Below are positions 9,391 through 18,739 of a DNA stretch of 64,000 nucleotides, in pieces (position 1 is the first letter of the stretch; each line of letters opens with the position of its first letter). The translations under genes and the position numbers were made by a program. Source of the DNA: a virus. Lineage: Duplodnaviria; Heunggongvirae; Uroviricota; Caudoviricetes. The stretch lies in IMG/VR virus record IMGVR_UViG_2778261164_000001, positions 1 through 64,000 of that record; one strand, 5' to 3'. The notes under the pieces were generated by a model, which was not told the origin of the DNA, searched no databases, and saw only the letters and a list, made by a program, of their open reading frames with translations.

Positions 9391-11097
9391 TTACTCAGAG
9401 TCACCGGCATCAATCGTGTCGCCGCTTATAAAGTTAAGCCCGCCTTTTTTGGCCATTGTCAGCGTTACACGAGTGAAGTAATCAGCGCCGTTGCGTGGGT
9501 GCATATCGTTGATAGCCGAACCCCACAGCGTGGTACGGTTGACCAGCGCCGGAGTGGTCGGATGCTGGAACGGGATGGCCGGGACAGCATCACCAGTCAC
9601 GAAGCCTGCTTTACCCGGATTTTCATCACGGACGTAGCACAGCACATCCATCGAGCTGAACTGAATGTTCTCTGTCGTTAAGTTCTTACAAATACCAGCA
9701 GGTACTTCGTACACTTTCACGTTACCGAACAGGGTACCGATGTAGTGAACATACGGAGTCTGGATATAGTCTTCGGCTGGCTGGAAGAAATCCTTCGGCA
9801 ACTGTTTGAAGAAAGATGCTGCATCAGCACCAGCAAACATCCCCATCGCACCAGAAGATTTAACGCGCTCAATAATGTCGCGATATACAGTCTGGAATTT
9901 GCCACGAATGATGGTTGCCCATACATCAAAGGACTGGTTAACCGGCAGAGCGATGTCAAAGGTGTCGGTCGCAAGAGTACGCCAGATCATGATGCGGAGA
10001 CGCAACATATCCTGTTCATGGGACAGGTATTCTTTCAGGGTGCGGAACTGTAGGGAACCCAGGTCCAGACCAAATTCACGCTGTGCTTCATACGCCGCCT
10101 GTACCGTGTGCTCAGCCGCGATAACGAACTGGCTTGGGAACAGGGTGTATTTCTTCATTTCGTGGTTGATCAGCGGGATCAGCTCAGGAGCGGCTTCAAT
10201 ATTGATTTCCGTCTCAATTGCGATCTCAGTGCCTTTATCCGGCGCTTTGGAGAACGACAGGGCAATCTGACCAATGTTGTAGTTCAGAGAGCAAGTAACA
10301 GTGATTTGCTCACCAGCAGCATTAGTAAACGAGTGAAGTAGGCTGCCGGAACCGTTATCAACAACAGACTTAATACGGTTAACGTAGATGTTAGTGCGAC
10401 CTTTTCGGATTGGTACATTCTGGCCTTCGAAGTCTTCCATCTTGAAGGTTGCGGTTTTGCTGGTGCCATCGGAGCTTGCCACCAGCACATAGCGGCGGCG
10501 TAACTGGCTGTACACACCGACGGATTGCATGTCCAGAACATCACCAGCAGCATAAGAACCAAAAGAGGAACCTGCCACGTTAAAGACTTCATAGATGTCG
10601 GACTGGTCACGCGTAACCGGAATGAAGGTACACGCATCAGCGGTAGCTGCCCCCAACTGAACAGGCAGGATCATCGCGAGGAATAAAGGCAGACGCATAA
10701 CACCGTCAGAAACGCTCATCATCTCTGCTGCGACGGATTCCAGCATCGCTTTATTAGTGGCATCCATGCTGTTGCGGGTGGACTCAATCAGGCAGTTTTC
10801 CAGCGTCTGGTGGCAGGAGGCCAGAATTTCCGGACGCGGCATAGATTTATGTGCTGCGGCGTAGTCAGCCAGTGCACTTGCCCACGCTGTAGCGATTTGA
10901 GCGGTGGCATTATCAGAGATACCCGCAAAAACCGGGTCTTTACGTGCAGCTTCAAGGATAGATGCGGCACGCGCGGCATCATCTTTAATGAATTGGTTAT
11001 CAGTACCGAACTGCGCAGTGCTTGCCCAGCCAAGCACAGCTTTAGAGCGTTTTGCGATATCTGCAATACGATTCTGGTATTCGCGTAAGTTACTCAA
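9391..11097 (-). CDS. large structural protein, possibly major head protein (P1 gene 23-like)
   Basis: No in-frame ATG near the 5-prime end; TTG at 11097 has AGGAAG RBS 6 nt upstream (568 aa); ORF-track TTG at 11118 is the alternative; first gene of operon beside parS. Confidence 0.5.
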   Translation of the reverse strand: MSNLREYQNRIADIAKRSKAVLGWASTAQFGTDNQFIKDDAARAASILEAARKDPVFAGISDNATAQIATAWASALADYAAAHKSMPRPEILASCHQTLENCLIESTRNSMDATNKAMLESVAAEMMSVSDGVMRLPLFLAMILPVQLGAATADACTFIPVTRDQSDIYEVFNVAGSSFGSYAAGDVLDMQSVGVYSQLRRRYVLVASSDGTSKTATFKMEDFEGQNVPIRKGRTNIYVNRIKSVVDNGSGSLLHSFTNAAGEQITVTCSLNYNIGQIALSFSKAPDKGTEIAIETEINIEAAPELIPLINHEMKKYTLFPSQFVIAAEHTVQAAYEAQREFGLDLGSLQFRTLKEYLSHEQDMLRLRIMIWRTLATDTFDIALPVNQSFDVWATIIRGKFQTVYRDIIERVKSSGAMGMFAGADAASFFKQLPKDFFQPAEDYIQTPYVHYIGTLFGNVKVYEVPAGICKNLTTENIQFSSMDVLCYVRDENPGKAGFVTGDAVPAIPFQHPTTPALVNRTTLWGSAINDMHPRNGADYFTRVTLTMAKKGGLNFISGDTIDAGDSE

Positions 11098-11234
11098 TTT
11101 ACTCTTCCTTAAACACAAGGCACTTGTGTGAATCCCTTTTCGGAAGAGATTTTATTGAAAGTCACTTGTTGACTTTCTCGTGACAAGCAATTTTTTTATT
11201 TTTTTCGGGAGTAGGGGCGGAAGGTAAAATCCAA

Positions 11235-11320
11235 GGTGAAATCGTGGCGATTTCACCTTGAAATTTTAGATGGATTTACTTTAAAAACAGTATGTTAATA
11301 GTGAAATTTGAATGGCGAAA
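11235..11320. other. parS: parS partition site
   Basis: GTGAAATCGTGGCGATTTCAC palindrome carrying heptamer ATTTCAC and hexamer TCGCCA boxes, AT-rich spacer (IHF-like), second GTGAAAT...TGGCGA set; immediately downstream of parB. Confidence 0.8.
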
Positions 11321-11322
11321 GT

Positions 11323-12324
11323 TTAAGGCTTCGGCTTTTTATCGAGGCTCTTTCTAAGGATATGCCCAATCATCCTGTCGAGTTCTTCCTGTAGCTCTTT
11401 TGAAAGTCGATTAAACTCATAAGAAAATGCCCGGCCTTTCACGCGCTTCCTTGCAAAGCGATCCTTGTCCTCAAATTTCCATAATTCAGTAACTACGGAC
11501 TTATCTTTAGAACCTTTATCCGTGAGTAGTGAGGCTTCCTTTGTTATCAAGCGCAGGATTTTATTTTTAACTTCATCTTCGGCCATTTCTTCAATGGATA
11601 AGATGTCGTTTATTTCCGGGGATATGTTTTGAATAAGCTGATCAAACTCTAAATTCTTGTTCCCCATTTCGTCGCCAACAGCACAAAGCGTTTTGTAGTC
11701 CGAAAAGGTTAATTCCGACTGCACAGGGAAAAGGGCGACTAATTCTTCCGGAGCACTCGCTGCCTGGAGAGCACGCGTGACCTTCGCCTGAGACAGCCCT
11801 TCTTTGGCTGCAATATCCTTCTGACTCATCCCATCATTTTTCATTCGCATCAAACGCAGACCTATTTCTCGAATGCTGTGCTGCAATGCTGTCTGAACGT
11901 CTTTCGCTAAATTTTGCGCTTCCTGAACGCTGATCTCCTGGTCCGTGACTAAAACCCGCAACCCTACGTTCTCTAAGATGGCAGAAGCTCGACGCCGGGA
12001 ACCATCCAAAATTTCAATTTTCCCTGTAGCCCGTCTAACACCTATTGCAGGGTAAAATTGCTGATGCTTAATAGTGCTTCGGATACTTTTTAATGATTTT
12101 GGCGTAAGAGATGCCTGGTCACGCCCGTTGTTATGCTGATCAACAAAGGTATCGCTTTCTACCTGGTTCGGAGGTATTACCTCTTCAATAAATGTGGCCT
12201 GGCGACCAGTTGATAACTTGAATACCTGCTCGACTCGATCGCCAGAGGCTGAAGAACTATCAAATCCGCTTAATATTGAAGGATTAAGGGTTCGCCCAAT
12301 TGTTGGTCTGTTTTTCTTTGACAT
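11323..12324 (-). CDS. parB: ParB partition protein
   Basis: 333 aa, the size of P1 ParB; follows parA and precedes parS. Confidence 0.9.
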   Translation of the reverse strand: MSKKNRPTIGRTLNPSILSGFDSSSASGDRVEQVFKLSTGRQATFIEEVIPPNQVESDTFVDQHNNGRDQASLTPKSLKSIRSTIKHQQFYPAIGVRRATGKIEILDGSRRRASAILENVGLRVLVTDQEISVQEAQNLAKDVQTALQHSIREIGLRLMRMKNDGMSQKDIAAKEGLSQAKVTRALQAASAPEELVALFPVQSELTFSDYKTLCAVGDEMGNKNLEFDQLIQNISPEINDILSIEEMAEDEVKNKILRLITKEASLLTDKGSKDKSVVTELWKFEDKDRFARKRVKGRAFSYEFNRLSKELQEELDRMIGHILRKSLDKKPKP

Positions 12325-12340
12325 GGGGGGTTCTTACTCC

Positions 12341-13537
12341 TCAGTTAGATCTGATAAATTCAATACGGTCAAAAACTGCTTTAGCAAAATCTTCCGCGGC
12401 AATTCGCGCGTTCTTCAATGCATCAGCACTACCAACATACGTTGCCGGGTTAGCTGAAATAACAGTGTCAAAAGACTCGCCGCAACGTTCAAAACCGTCA
12501 AGGCGAGGGAGGACGACATCGAGCATATCCCCACCGAACACTTCTTTAGCCAGGCTATGGCAATACTTATGATCTGCCTTGTTACTCAACTTGGACATAA
12601 AACCAATGTTAGTCGCAAGCTGGCACTCGCAGCCTTCATCCGAAATGAGTTTTACCAACTCAGGAAGGCGGGCAACGTATTTAAGCGATGAGTGGAAATC
12701 GACAGTTGCTGGCGGCAGAGGTGTAAACAGTATATTGGCCGAGGCCAAAGCATTTTTCAGGAAGGCGTCAAGGTGAGGACCACTATCAACGAGGATAAAG
12801 TCATAATCGCTCTTCAGCTTATCAATCACATTTTCTTTCAGGACAGCATGGATGTTCTGACCCGGTAGATGCTCATTGCACAGCTCTCTCCAATCGGATG
12901 CAATAAAGGCATCGTCAATCGACGCAGGCATAACGTCAACCCCAGGTACAACAGAAGGAACAATAAACTCCTCTAACAGCTCTTCACGGCTTACATTCTG
13001 CAACATAGCCTGTGCAGATGTTGCGTTTACGATACCAATAGAGTGTTTATGGCTTAAAAACATCGTTGCGGAAGATTGCGGATCAAGGTCAATAACCAGA
13101 ATCCTTAAATCCTCCATAAGAAGATGAGGGTGAGCACGCATTGCATGCGCCAGAGAAACCGTCGATACAGTTTTTGACACACCGCCTTTAAGATTGGAGA
13201 TGAAAATCACATACGCTTCGCTGTAGCGATCCCGGTATTTTGGCACTCCGCGATGTTCATATATGTCAATGATGTTCTGAATTGACATCGCATATTTCAT
13301 TGAAGAGCCAGCAGGGCGTTTATCGAAAACATAACCCTTTTCTTCCATTTCACTTACGGCATAGTCAACGTTCGCTCGAGTCAGTAGAGGCAATTTTGCC
13401 AGTGCCGCTTTCGCATAGACCTGGTAAAACTCGTTCGCGTGTAGCTCATCCTTTTGCAACTGTACTTGTTCAGTCAGAACATTGAGCATTCTGTTTGCTC
13501 TTTGAGCAACCTTGTGAAGCTGGCTGGAATCACTCAT
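12341..13537 (-). CDS. parA: ParA partition ATPase
   Basis: 398 aa with Walker A KGGVSKT; matches P1 ParA in size and context. Confidence 0.95.
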   Translation of the reverse strand: MSDSSQLHKVAQRANRMLNVLTEQVQLQKDELHANEFYQVYAKAALAKLPLLTRANVDYAVSEMEEKGYVFDKRPAGSSMKYAMSIQNIIDIYEHRGVPKYRDRYSEAYVIFISNLKGGVSKTVSTVSLAHAMRAHPHLLMEDLRILVIDLDPQSSATMFLSHKHSIGIVNATSAQAMLQNVSREELLEEFIVPSVVPGVDVMPASIDDAFIASDWRELCNEHLPGQNIHAVLKENVIDKLKSDYDFILVDSGPHLDAFLKNALASANILFTPLPPATVDFHSSLKYVARLPELVKLISDEGCECQLATNIGFMSKLSNKADHKYCHSLAKEVFGGDMLDVVLPRLDGFERCGESFDTVISANPATYVGSADALKNARIAAEDFAKAVFDRIEFIRSN

Positions 13538-13810
13538 CGAAAGACATCCTTTATGCTGTATTTTTGAATTTAATTAAAAATGCTGCATAAAATAATAATG
13601 TATGCGTAGATGCTTGTACATAGCATTCTCTGCATGCTTACTCCTTTGCCAAGTGTGTCACAACATGCTTTGGCATCCTCCACGCATAAAGGACGCGGAT
13701 TTCTTCTACGTTCAGGTTGTAGCCTGAATCATTTTGGTGATTTCCTGCTTCAATGGGCAGCCAAGCTTCACTCTCTATCAACTGGTGAGAACGGCTTGCC
13801 CGGCAGCTTC

Positions 13811-14094
13811 GATGTGTGCTGGAGGGAGAATAAAAGTCTAAGATGTGCGATAGAGGGAAGTCGCATTGAATTATGTGCTGTGGAGGGATCGCTGGTATCA
13901 AATATGTGTGCTGGAGGGAAAGGCAGAGAATTACATGTGCACTGGAGGGAAAAGCGGATGGACAGATGTGTGCTGGAGGGAAAGTCTGGGCAAACTGAGG
14001 GGCGTTCCCCTCCAGCGCACATCAAAAACAGGAAATTGGACAAGCCTTCCCGGCAGCACACATCTTTTTAATGCGGTTTCCCTCCAGCACACAC
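13811..14094. repeat. incA: incA iteron array (nine 19-bp RepA-binding repeats, six direct and three inverted)
   Basis: Repeats of GATGTGTGCTGGAGGGAAA-like sequence downstream of repA. Confidence 0.85.
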
Positions 14095-14955
14095 TTATTC
14101 GGGGAGTTTCAGCTTTGGATTGCGAGAATGGACGATTACAAAACTTTCCCGGCCTTTCTTCTCAATAGAACAGTCGAGATAGCCGATTGTTTTAAGCTGT
14201 TCTATCGCTTTCTTAATGATACGGTTTTGCTCGCCAACAGCTGACTGCAAAGCCAGGCGCTCACGGATTCGCGCGAACGATAGCGGCAACGGGTTCTGCG
14301 GAAGGCTTTCGATGAAAGTGTAAATGGCTTGTGCAGCTTCTTTCTTCGGAAGGGCACGCAAGGCGTGGTGTTGCAACAGAACGCGATAATCAAGCTGGAA
14401 CAGCTCCCACAACTTCGAATCAGCCTCCAGCTCTATCAGATCAAGGTCAGCATCAAAACGCCCGACCTTCAGCAGACCAGTCTGATAGCCGCCTTTAGCA
14501 TCTTTTCCGCGCTTAAAAGCGATACCCTTGTTACGCAAGCGTCCAAGTGATTCATGAATGGTTAAACGCAGTTTCGCATCCAGACGTTTTGAGGGGAAAC
14601 CACAGGCTTTAGCGAATTCCTGAAACGATAACTGGATGGTGTTTGAGGACAAGCCGTATTTGCTGAACGCGTAGATGACACCGATCCACGTTTTGAAATC
14701 AGTATCCATATCGAGTCGAGGACCGGTGATTTTAATATCATCGTAACCCTCGGCTTTAGCTATCTCCAGCTGGGAAAACGCTTTGGTGGCATCAATCTCT
14801 TTACTTTCTCCTTTGCTCTTTGATGGCTTCGGCACGAATACCCCCAAGCGCATCAACGCTACAGGCTGCACAGTGTTGTTTGAATTAACTGTTAGTTCTT
14901 TTGCCTTACTTTCAATGTCTGCGTAAAGAATATCGGAGATAAATGATTGATTCAT
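14095..14955 (-). CDS. repA: RepA plasmid replication initiator
   Basis: 286 aa; flanked by incC and incA iterons. Confidence 0.95.
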   Translation of the reverse strand: MNQSFISDILYADIESKAKELTVNSNNTVQPVALMRLGVFVPKPSKSKGESKEIDATKAFSQLEIAKAEGYDDIKITGPRLDMDTDFKTWIGVIYAFSKYGLSSNTIQLSFQEFAKACGFPSKRLDAKLRLTIHESLGRLRNKGIAFKRGKDAKGGYQTGLLKVGRFDADLDLIELEADSKLWELFQLDYRVLLQHHALRALPKKEAAQAIYTFIESLPQNPLPLSFARIRERLALQSAVGEQNRIIKKAIEQLKTIGYLDCSIEKKGRESFVIVHSRNPKLKLPE

Positions 14956-14964
14956 ATTACTTTT

Positions 14965-15235
14965 TCCGAATTGTGTGGATAGTTTTTATAAGTGGTGATA
15001 ACTACCCAGGCTTTCCCGTCAGCACACATCCTATATCCCGCCAGCACACATTAGCAACCCGTCAGCACACATTTTTATCCCTCCAGCACACATCGGTTTC
15101 CCTCCAGCACACATCGCGATACACTTCTAAGCCAGACGTGGCGCGGCCTGCAACGATCTGGGATCTATATGGATCTAATTGGGATCTGTATGGACCTAAT
15201 TATTGGATCTACTCAGTGGATAATGTGGATAAGTG
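14965..15235. other. oriR: plasmid origin oriR (DnaA boxes, five incC iterons, GATC cluster)
   Basis: TGTGGATAG near 14974; five iterons (TTTCCCTCCAGCACACATC-like) 15012-15115; five GATC within heptamer repeats 15155-15209; TGTGGATAA at 15224. Confidence 0.8.
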
Positions 15236-15258
15236 AAAAACCGGCCAACAAAGCCGGT
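15236..15258 (-). terminator. rho-independent terminator after the 130-aa gene
   Basis: CCGGC-caacaaa-GCCGG hairpin followed by T-run on the minus strand. Confidence 0.55.
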
Positions 15259-15273
15259 TGGAAGGAAACCGTA

Positions 15274-15666
15274 TTATTCTACGCTTTCGATAAGAAGACC
15301 ATGTTCATAACATTTAAGCTCATCGCCTTCATACAGGAATTGGTATCCAACACCACCACCTTCCGGAACATTAGGGAATAAATCATCACTTACCGAAGAA
15401 CAAATCACACCAATGCAGCGATCAACGCCTTCTCGTTCTTCAGTGCTGAAAAAATCCTCTTCGGTAAGAACATGAGTACATTGCTCATCAGCATAGGTCG
15501 GAAATACATGCTCGATGCAATCCGGGTGTTTTAAACCAAGCTGATCGGCAAGCTCGAAAGCATGACGGTATTGTTCAGATCCTGGCTTGCCAACAGTGAT
15601 GTGCTCAATTTTGTAGATTGAAGTCGCTTTGTTGATAGTTTGCTTTACTGTTACTTTATCAGACAT
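15274..15666 (-). CDS. hypothetical protein (position of P1 upfA)
   Basis: 130-aa ORF adjacent to oriR. Confidence 0.45.
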   Translation of the reverse strand: MSDKVTVKQTINKATSIYKIEHITVGKPGSEQYRHAFELADQLGLKHPDCIEHVFPTYADEQCTHVLTEEDFFSTEEREGVDRCIGVICSSVSDDLFPNVPEGGGVGYQFLYEGDELKCYEHGLLIESVE

Positions 15667-15677
15667 AAAAATCCCTT

Positions 15678-16010
15678 TTAGTTACCGCTGATAGCGCGGT
15701 TGTAATCATTAACGTTGCGATTCTTCCTGTTAATCCCCATCAGCATCGTTTCTGTATCAAGGATATACGCTGGCAGATCATCAAAATATTCACTGCTAAA
15801 CTCTGGCATTCTGCACATAAATGCACTTTTGGGGGCAGGGTGGTTAACCTTTGTCGGCGTCGGCGTTAAATTCGCTGATCGACTCCCGGAGCAACCGCTG
15901 AGTGTCAGCAGGAATGCGCTGGCGAACATTACCCGCCGCAACCAGTTGTTTCTGAACTTCAGCTTTTCGTTCCATTTGCCTGTCAGCATATTTGGCTTGT
16001 TCTGATTCAT
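15678..16010 (-). CDS. lipoprotein, o-spanin (Rz1)-like; start uncertain
   Basis: Lipobox LTLSGC followed by proline-rich region (TPTPTKVNHPAP); starts inside the 3-prime end of the upstream gene in another frame. Confidence 0.5.
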   Translation of the reverse strand: MNQNKPNMLTGKWNEKLKFRNNWLRRVMFASAFLLTLSGCSGSRSANLTPTPTKVNHPAPKSAFMCRMPEFSSEYFDDLPAYILDTETMLMGINRKNRNVNDYNRAISGN

Positions 16011-16266
16011 TTTTCACTTCCTGGCTGTGAAAATGTTGCTCTGCTTTGTTCATCGTCTCAATGGTCTGGTTAAGATCCATTATTGACTTATCACGTTCCT
16101 TAACAGCCTGATCAAGACTGCCAATTTTCTCGATGGCTTGCTTTAGCTGATGACGTTCCCATGCAAACCCAGCACCAACAAGTGCGCAAATCAGAACAAG
16201 AACACCAGTAGCAGCAAGTTTCTCCTTCAAAGACAAAGCTGTTTTTAACGTAGAAAAGAATGACAT
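15844..16266 (-). CDS. membrane-anchored coiled-coil protein, i-spanin (Rz)-like
   Basis: Start at MSFFSTLK (ATG 16266); N-terminal TM segment GVLVLICALVGAGFAW, then charged helical region. Confidence 0.5.
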   Translation of the reverse strand: MSFFSTLKTALSLKEKLAATGVLVLICALVGAGFAWERHQLKQAIEKIGSLDQAVKERDKSIMDLNQTIETMNKAEQHFHSQEVKNESEQAKYADRQMERKAEVQKQLVAAGNVRQRIPADTQRLLRESISEFNADADKG

Positions 16267-16305
16267 GTCTTCCTCCTGAAGAAAAATTATCAATGAAGTC
16301 CTTTG

Positions 16306-17094
16306 TTACTGTGCCGCTTTGTTTAATTCATCAAGAACAGAATCAGGAACCAAAGCAGCAACTGCGCTGGCTGTGCTGGCCTTATTTGCTGATGCTTCCG
16401 CAAGCGCAGTACCGATAGCATGGTTATAAGCAGTTATGGCTACATTGGCGCTTTCATTCGCTCGTTCATACTGCTGTTGTAACGCAGTTGTGGGCGCTGT
16501 TGTCTGGTTGAAAACAACCCCAAACTGTTCAGTTGCTACTTTCAGAGATTCAATTTGCTCTTCTGTTAGTGCTGGTGGGGGAGTGGCAGTGCCGCCGCCT
16601 GAACCAGAGCCTGACGAGCTTCCTGAGCCAGTGTTAAGGGTCTGGTTAATCTCCCCCATAGCAGCGACTAAACTTGATGTATTAAGCGCGTTTACAGCGT
16701 CCTCAAGCGATTTAGTAATAGTCACATCACCAATGGCAATAGAGATCGGCAGTTCTGATACTTCTCGCTCATTAGCACGGCAGTAAACATCCCAACCAAT
16801 ATCGAGTTGAAGCAGCATTGACAGATCTGCATAACCAGCCAACAGGTCCGCGTGCTTAGTTGCCAGTTCTCCAATGTTCGTTAAGCCGGTTGTGGTTGTT
16901 CTGATCGTTGAAACATAGCTGGTAATAGTGTCGGGATAGACAATTGTATCCAGAATTAATCCGGTCAATTCTTCTGCAAGCAGTTTTGCTGTGTTAGCAC
17001 TGTTTCGTGCCGATGTTATGGCACCAGGTGTTTTCATCCCACCGGCGGCGGCCAATTTTTTATATGCGGATAACTGGTAGTCTTTTTCCAGCAT
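16306..17094 (-). CDS. hypothetical protein with Gly/Ser-rich linker
   Basis: ATG at 17094 with GGAG RBS 5 nt upstream (262 aa); GSGSSSGSGSGGG linker; follows PAAR-like gene. Confidence 0.5.
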   Translation of the reverse strand: MLEKDYQLSAYKKLAAAGGMKTPGAITSARNSANTAKLLAEELTGLILDTIVYPDTITSYVSTIRTTTTGLTNIGELATKHADLLAGYADLSMLLQLDIGWDVYCRANEREVSELPISIAIGDVTITKSLEDAVNALNTSSLVAAMGEINQTLNTGSGSSSGSGSGGGTATPPPALTEEQIESLKVATEQFGVVFNQTTAPTTALQQQYERANESANVAITAYNHAIGTALAEASANKASTASAVAALVPDSVLDELNKAAQ

Positions 17095-17102
17095 GATATC
17101 TC

Positions 17103-17387
17103 CTAACTTACCTGAACCAGGCCGTCTCCGGACGCTACGGTAGATCCGCATGAAACAGGGTCACCAACGCATACGATCCCTTTACCATTGACGGTAAACC
17201 ATGCCCTGGTTGATATAGCTTGCCCACCGTGCGTACTGTTTCCATCGGTATGCTGTGCATATTGCTTACCATCAACTAACACTTCGACTCCGTTGACTTT
17301 AAGTAGTGGTTCACTCTCTACAGGAGGCCTGGATGGGAATCCTCCGTGCCCCGAACAAATGCTGTCTTTTGTTGCAATACTTGCCAC
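17103..17387 (-). CDS. PAAR-like domain protein (possible spike-tip protein)
   Basis: 94 aa; repeated HGG and VNG motifs and GDPVSCG resemble PAAR repeats; GTG start with GGTGA RBS. Confidence 0.45.
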   Translation of the reverse strand: MASIATKDSICSGHGGFPSRPPVESEPLLKVNGVEVLVDGKQYAQHTDGNSTHGGQAISTRAWFTVNGKGIVCVGDPVSCGSTVASGDGLVQVS

Positions 17388-17468
17388 GTCATCACCAATT
17401 ATTTGCTCTGATTTTCGTTATTTTAACTCAGGTTGTTTGTGGTCTACACGGAGTTCAACTATTGCAAA

Positions 17469-17485
17469 ATTGCTCTAATAAATAT
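17469..17485 (+). promoter_or_regulatory. C1 operator-like 17-mer (ATTGCTCTAATAAATAT) upstream of uhr-hrdC-dmt
   Basis: One mismatch to consensus. Confidence 0.6.
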
Positions 17486-17556
17486 TGTTTTTTATGTCGT
17501 ATTTTCGGTACCATTCAGCCATCGCCCTTCAATGGGCATTTGTTTGGAGTCGTCAG

Positions 17557-17841
17557 ATGCAGATGGAGCTAATAAGCCGCAAAGAGTTCGATAGCCGTGT
17601 AACCAGCGGTGAACTCGACAACTTGCAGGCTATCAAGGTGAAAGAAGGCTTTTGCCTCATTGGGAATCAGAGCGGAACAAATCGCGTTTTTATGCTTCGC
17701 CGTACGGATTTGAAGCCATTTGTCTGGAAGAACGAAATTGGTCCCAGCTCATACGCTCAAACGAGGGGGTGCCACAACCTGGCCTTTTTCTACAAAGACG
17801 AGCTTTCTGTGGTTGATATTCAAGGGTTACAACATGTTTAA
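17557..17841 (+). CDS. uhr: small protein upstream of hrdC
   Basis: ATG at 17557 with GGAG RBS; 94 aa. Confidence 0.5.
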   Translation: MQMELISRKEFDSRVTSGELDNLQAIKVKEGFCLIGNQSGTNRVFMLRRTDLKPFVWKNEIGPSSYAQTRGCHNLAFFYKDELSVVDIQGLQHV

Positions 17842-18739
17842 GCACTGGAAAAACATTACTATTTATAAACTTTCTCGTGAGGCGGATCTGACCGACTTAG
17901 AAGATAAAAAGAAAATGATCCTTTTCACGCCATGCGGTAGTCAGGATATGGCCAAGTTCGGTTTTGTATCTCCATTTGGTGATAATTCCGAAGTTATCGC
18001 TATGCATGGAAATGGTTTTATCCTTGTTGAAGCAAAGCGCGAAACAAAAATTCTTCCCCCGCCGGTTATCCAGCGAGCTATTCAAGAAAAAATTGAAAAA
18101 CTTGAGCAAGAACAAGCGCGTAAACTGAAGAAAACAGAGAAGGACTCCCTGAAAGACGAAGTTCTGCATTCTCTTCTGCCACGGGCTTTTTCAAAGTTTT
18201 CTGTTATCCAGGCGATCTACGACGGTTCAACTAAACGTATCTATATCAATGCCAGCGCGCGGCAGGCAGAGGATATGCTCGCGCTTATGCGTAAGTCTCT
18301 GGGTTCTCTTCCTGTTGTTCCCCTGAGTGTTGAAAATCCCATTGAATTAACGCTGACCGACTGGGTACGTGATGGTAGTGCTCCACAGGGATTTCAAATG
18401 GGGGATGCGGCAGAACTTAAGGCAGTGCTTGAGGATGGCGGTATTGCCCGGGTGAAAAAGCAGGATTTGGGAAGCGATGAAATTTCCACACACCTGGAAG
18501 CTGGCAAGCTCGTCACTAAGTTGGCACTCGACTGGCAGAACCGCATTAAATTTACACTGGACCATAACTTCAGCCTTACCAGCGTCAAATTTGCGGATGA
18601 ATTGCTTGAGCAGAACTCTGATATTGATAGTGAAGATGTTGCGCAGCGACTGGACGCAGATTTCTTCCTGTTGACCAGTGAAATTTCGTGCCTGGTTGAT
18701 GCTCTGGTAAATGCCCTTGGTGGAGAGGCTAAGCAGTGA
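17834..18739 (+). CDS. hrdC: RdgC-like recombination-associated protein
   Basis: Start [13 protein letters not shown]; motifs [13 protein letters not shown] and [22 protein letters not shown] match RdgC. Confidence 0.85.
   Translation: MFKHWKNITIYKLSREADLTDLEDKKKMILFTPCGSQDMAKFGFVSPFGDNSEVIAMHGNGFILVEAKRETKILPPPVIQRAIQEKIEKLEQEQARKLKKTEKDSLKDEVLHSLLPRAFSKFSVIQAIYDGSTKRIYINASARQAEDMLALMRKSLGSLPVVPLSVENPIELTLTDWVRDGSAPQGFQMGDAAELKAVLEDGGIARVKKQDLGSDEISTHLEAGKLVTKLALDWQNRIKFTLDHNFSLTSVKFADELLEQNSDIDSEDVAQRLDADFFLLTSEISCLVDALVNALGGEAKQ

Noticed and set aside
9391-11118. ORF-track start (TTG at 11118) for the head-like gene
   Set aside because: No Shine-Dalgarno upstream; the in-frame TTG at 11097 has AGGAAG at ideal spacing, so the shorter start is preferred, with the assignment still uncertain.
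13811-15115. Arrays of direct repeats that could be taken for a CRISPR array
   Set aside because: They are 19-bp RepA iterons (nine in incA, five in incC) on either side of repA, irregularly spaced, in both orientations, without unique spacers or cas genes.
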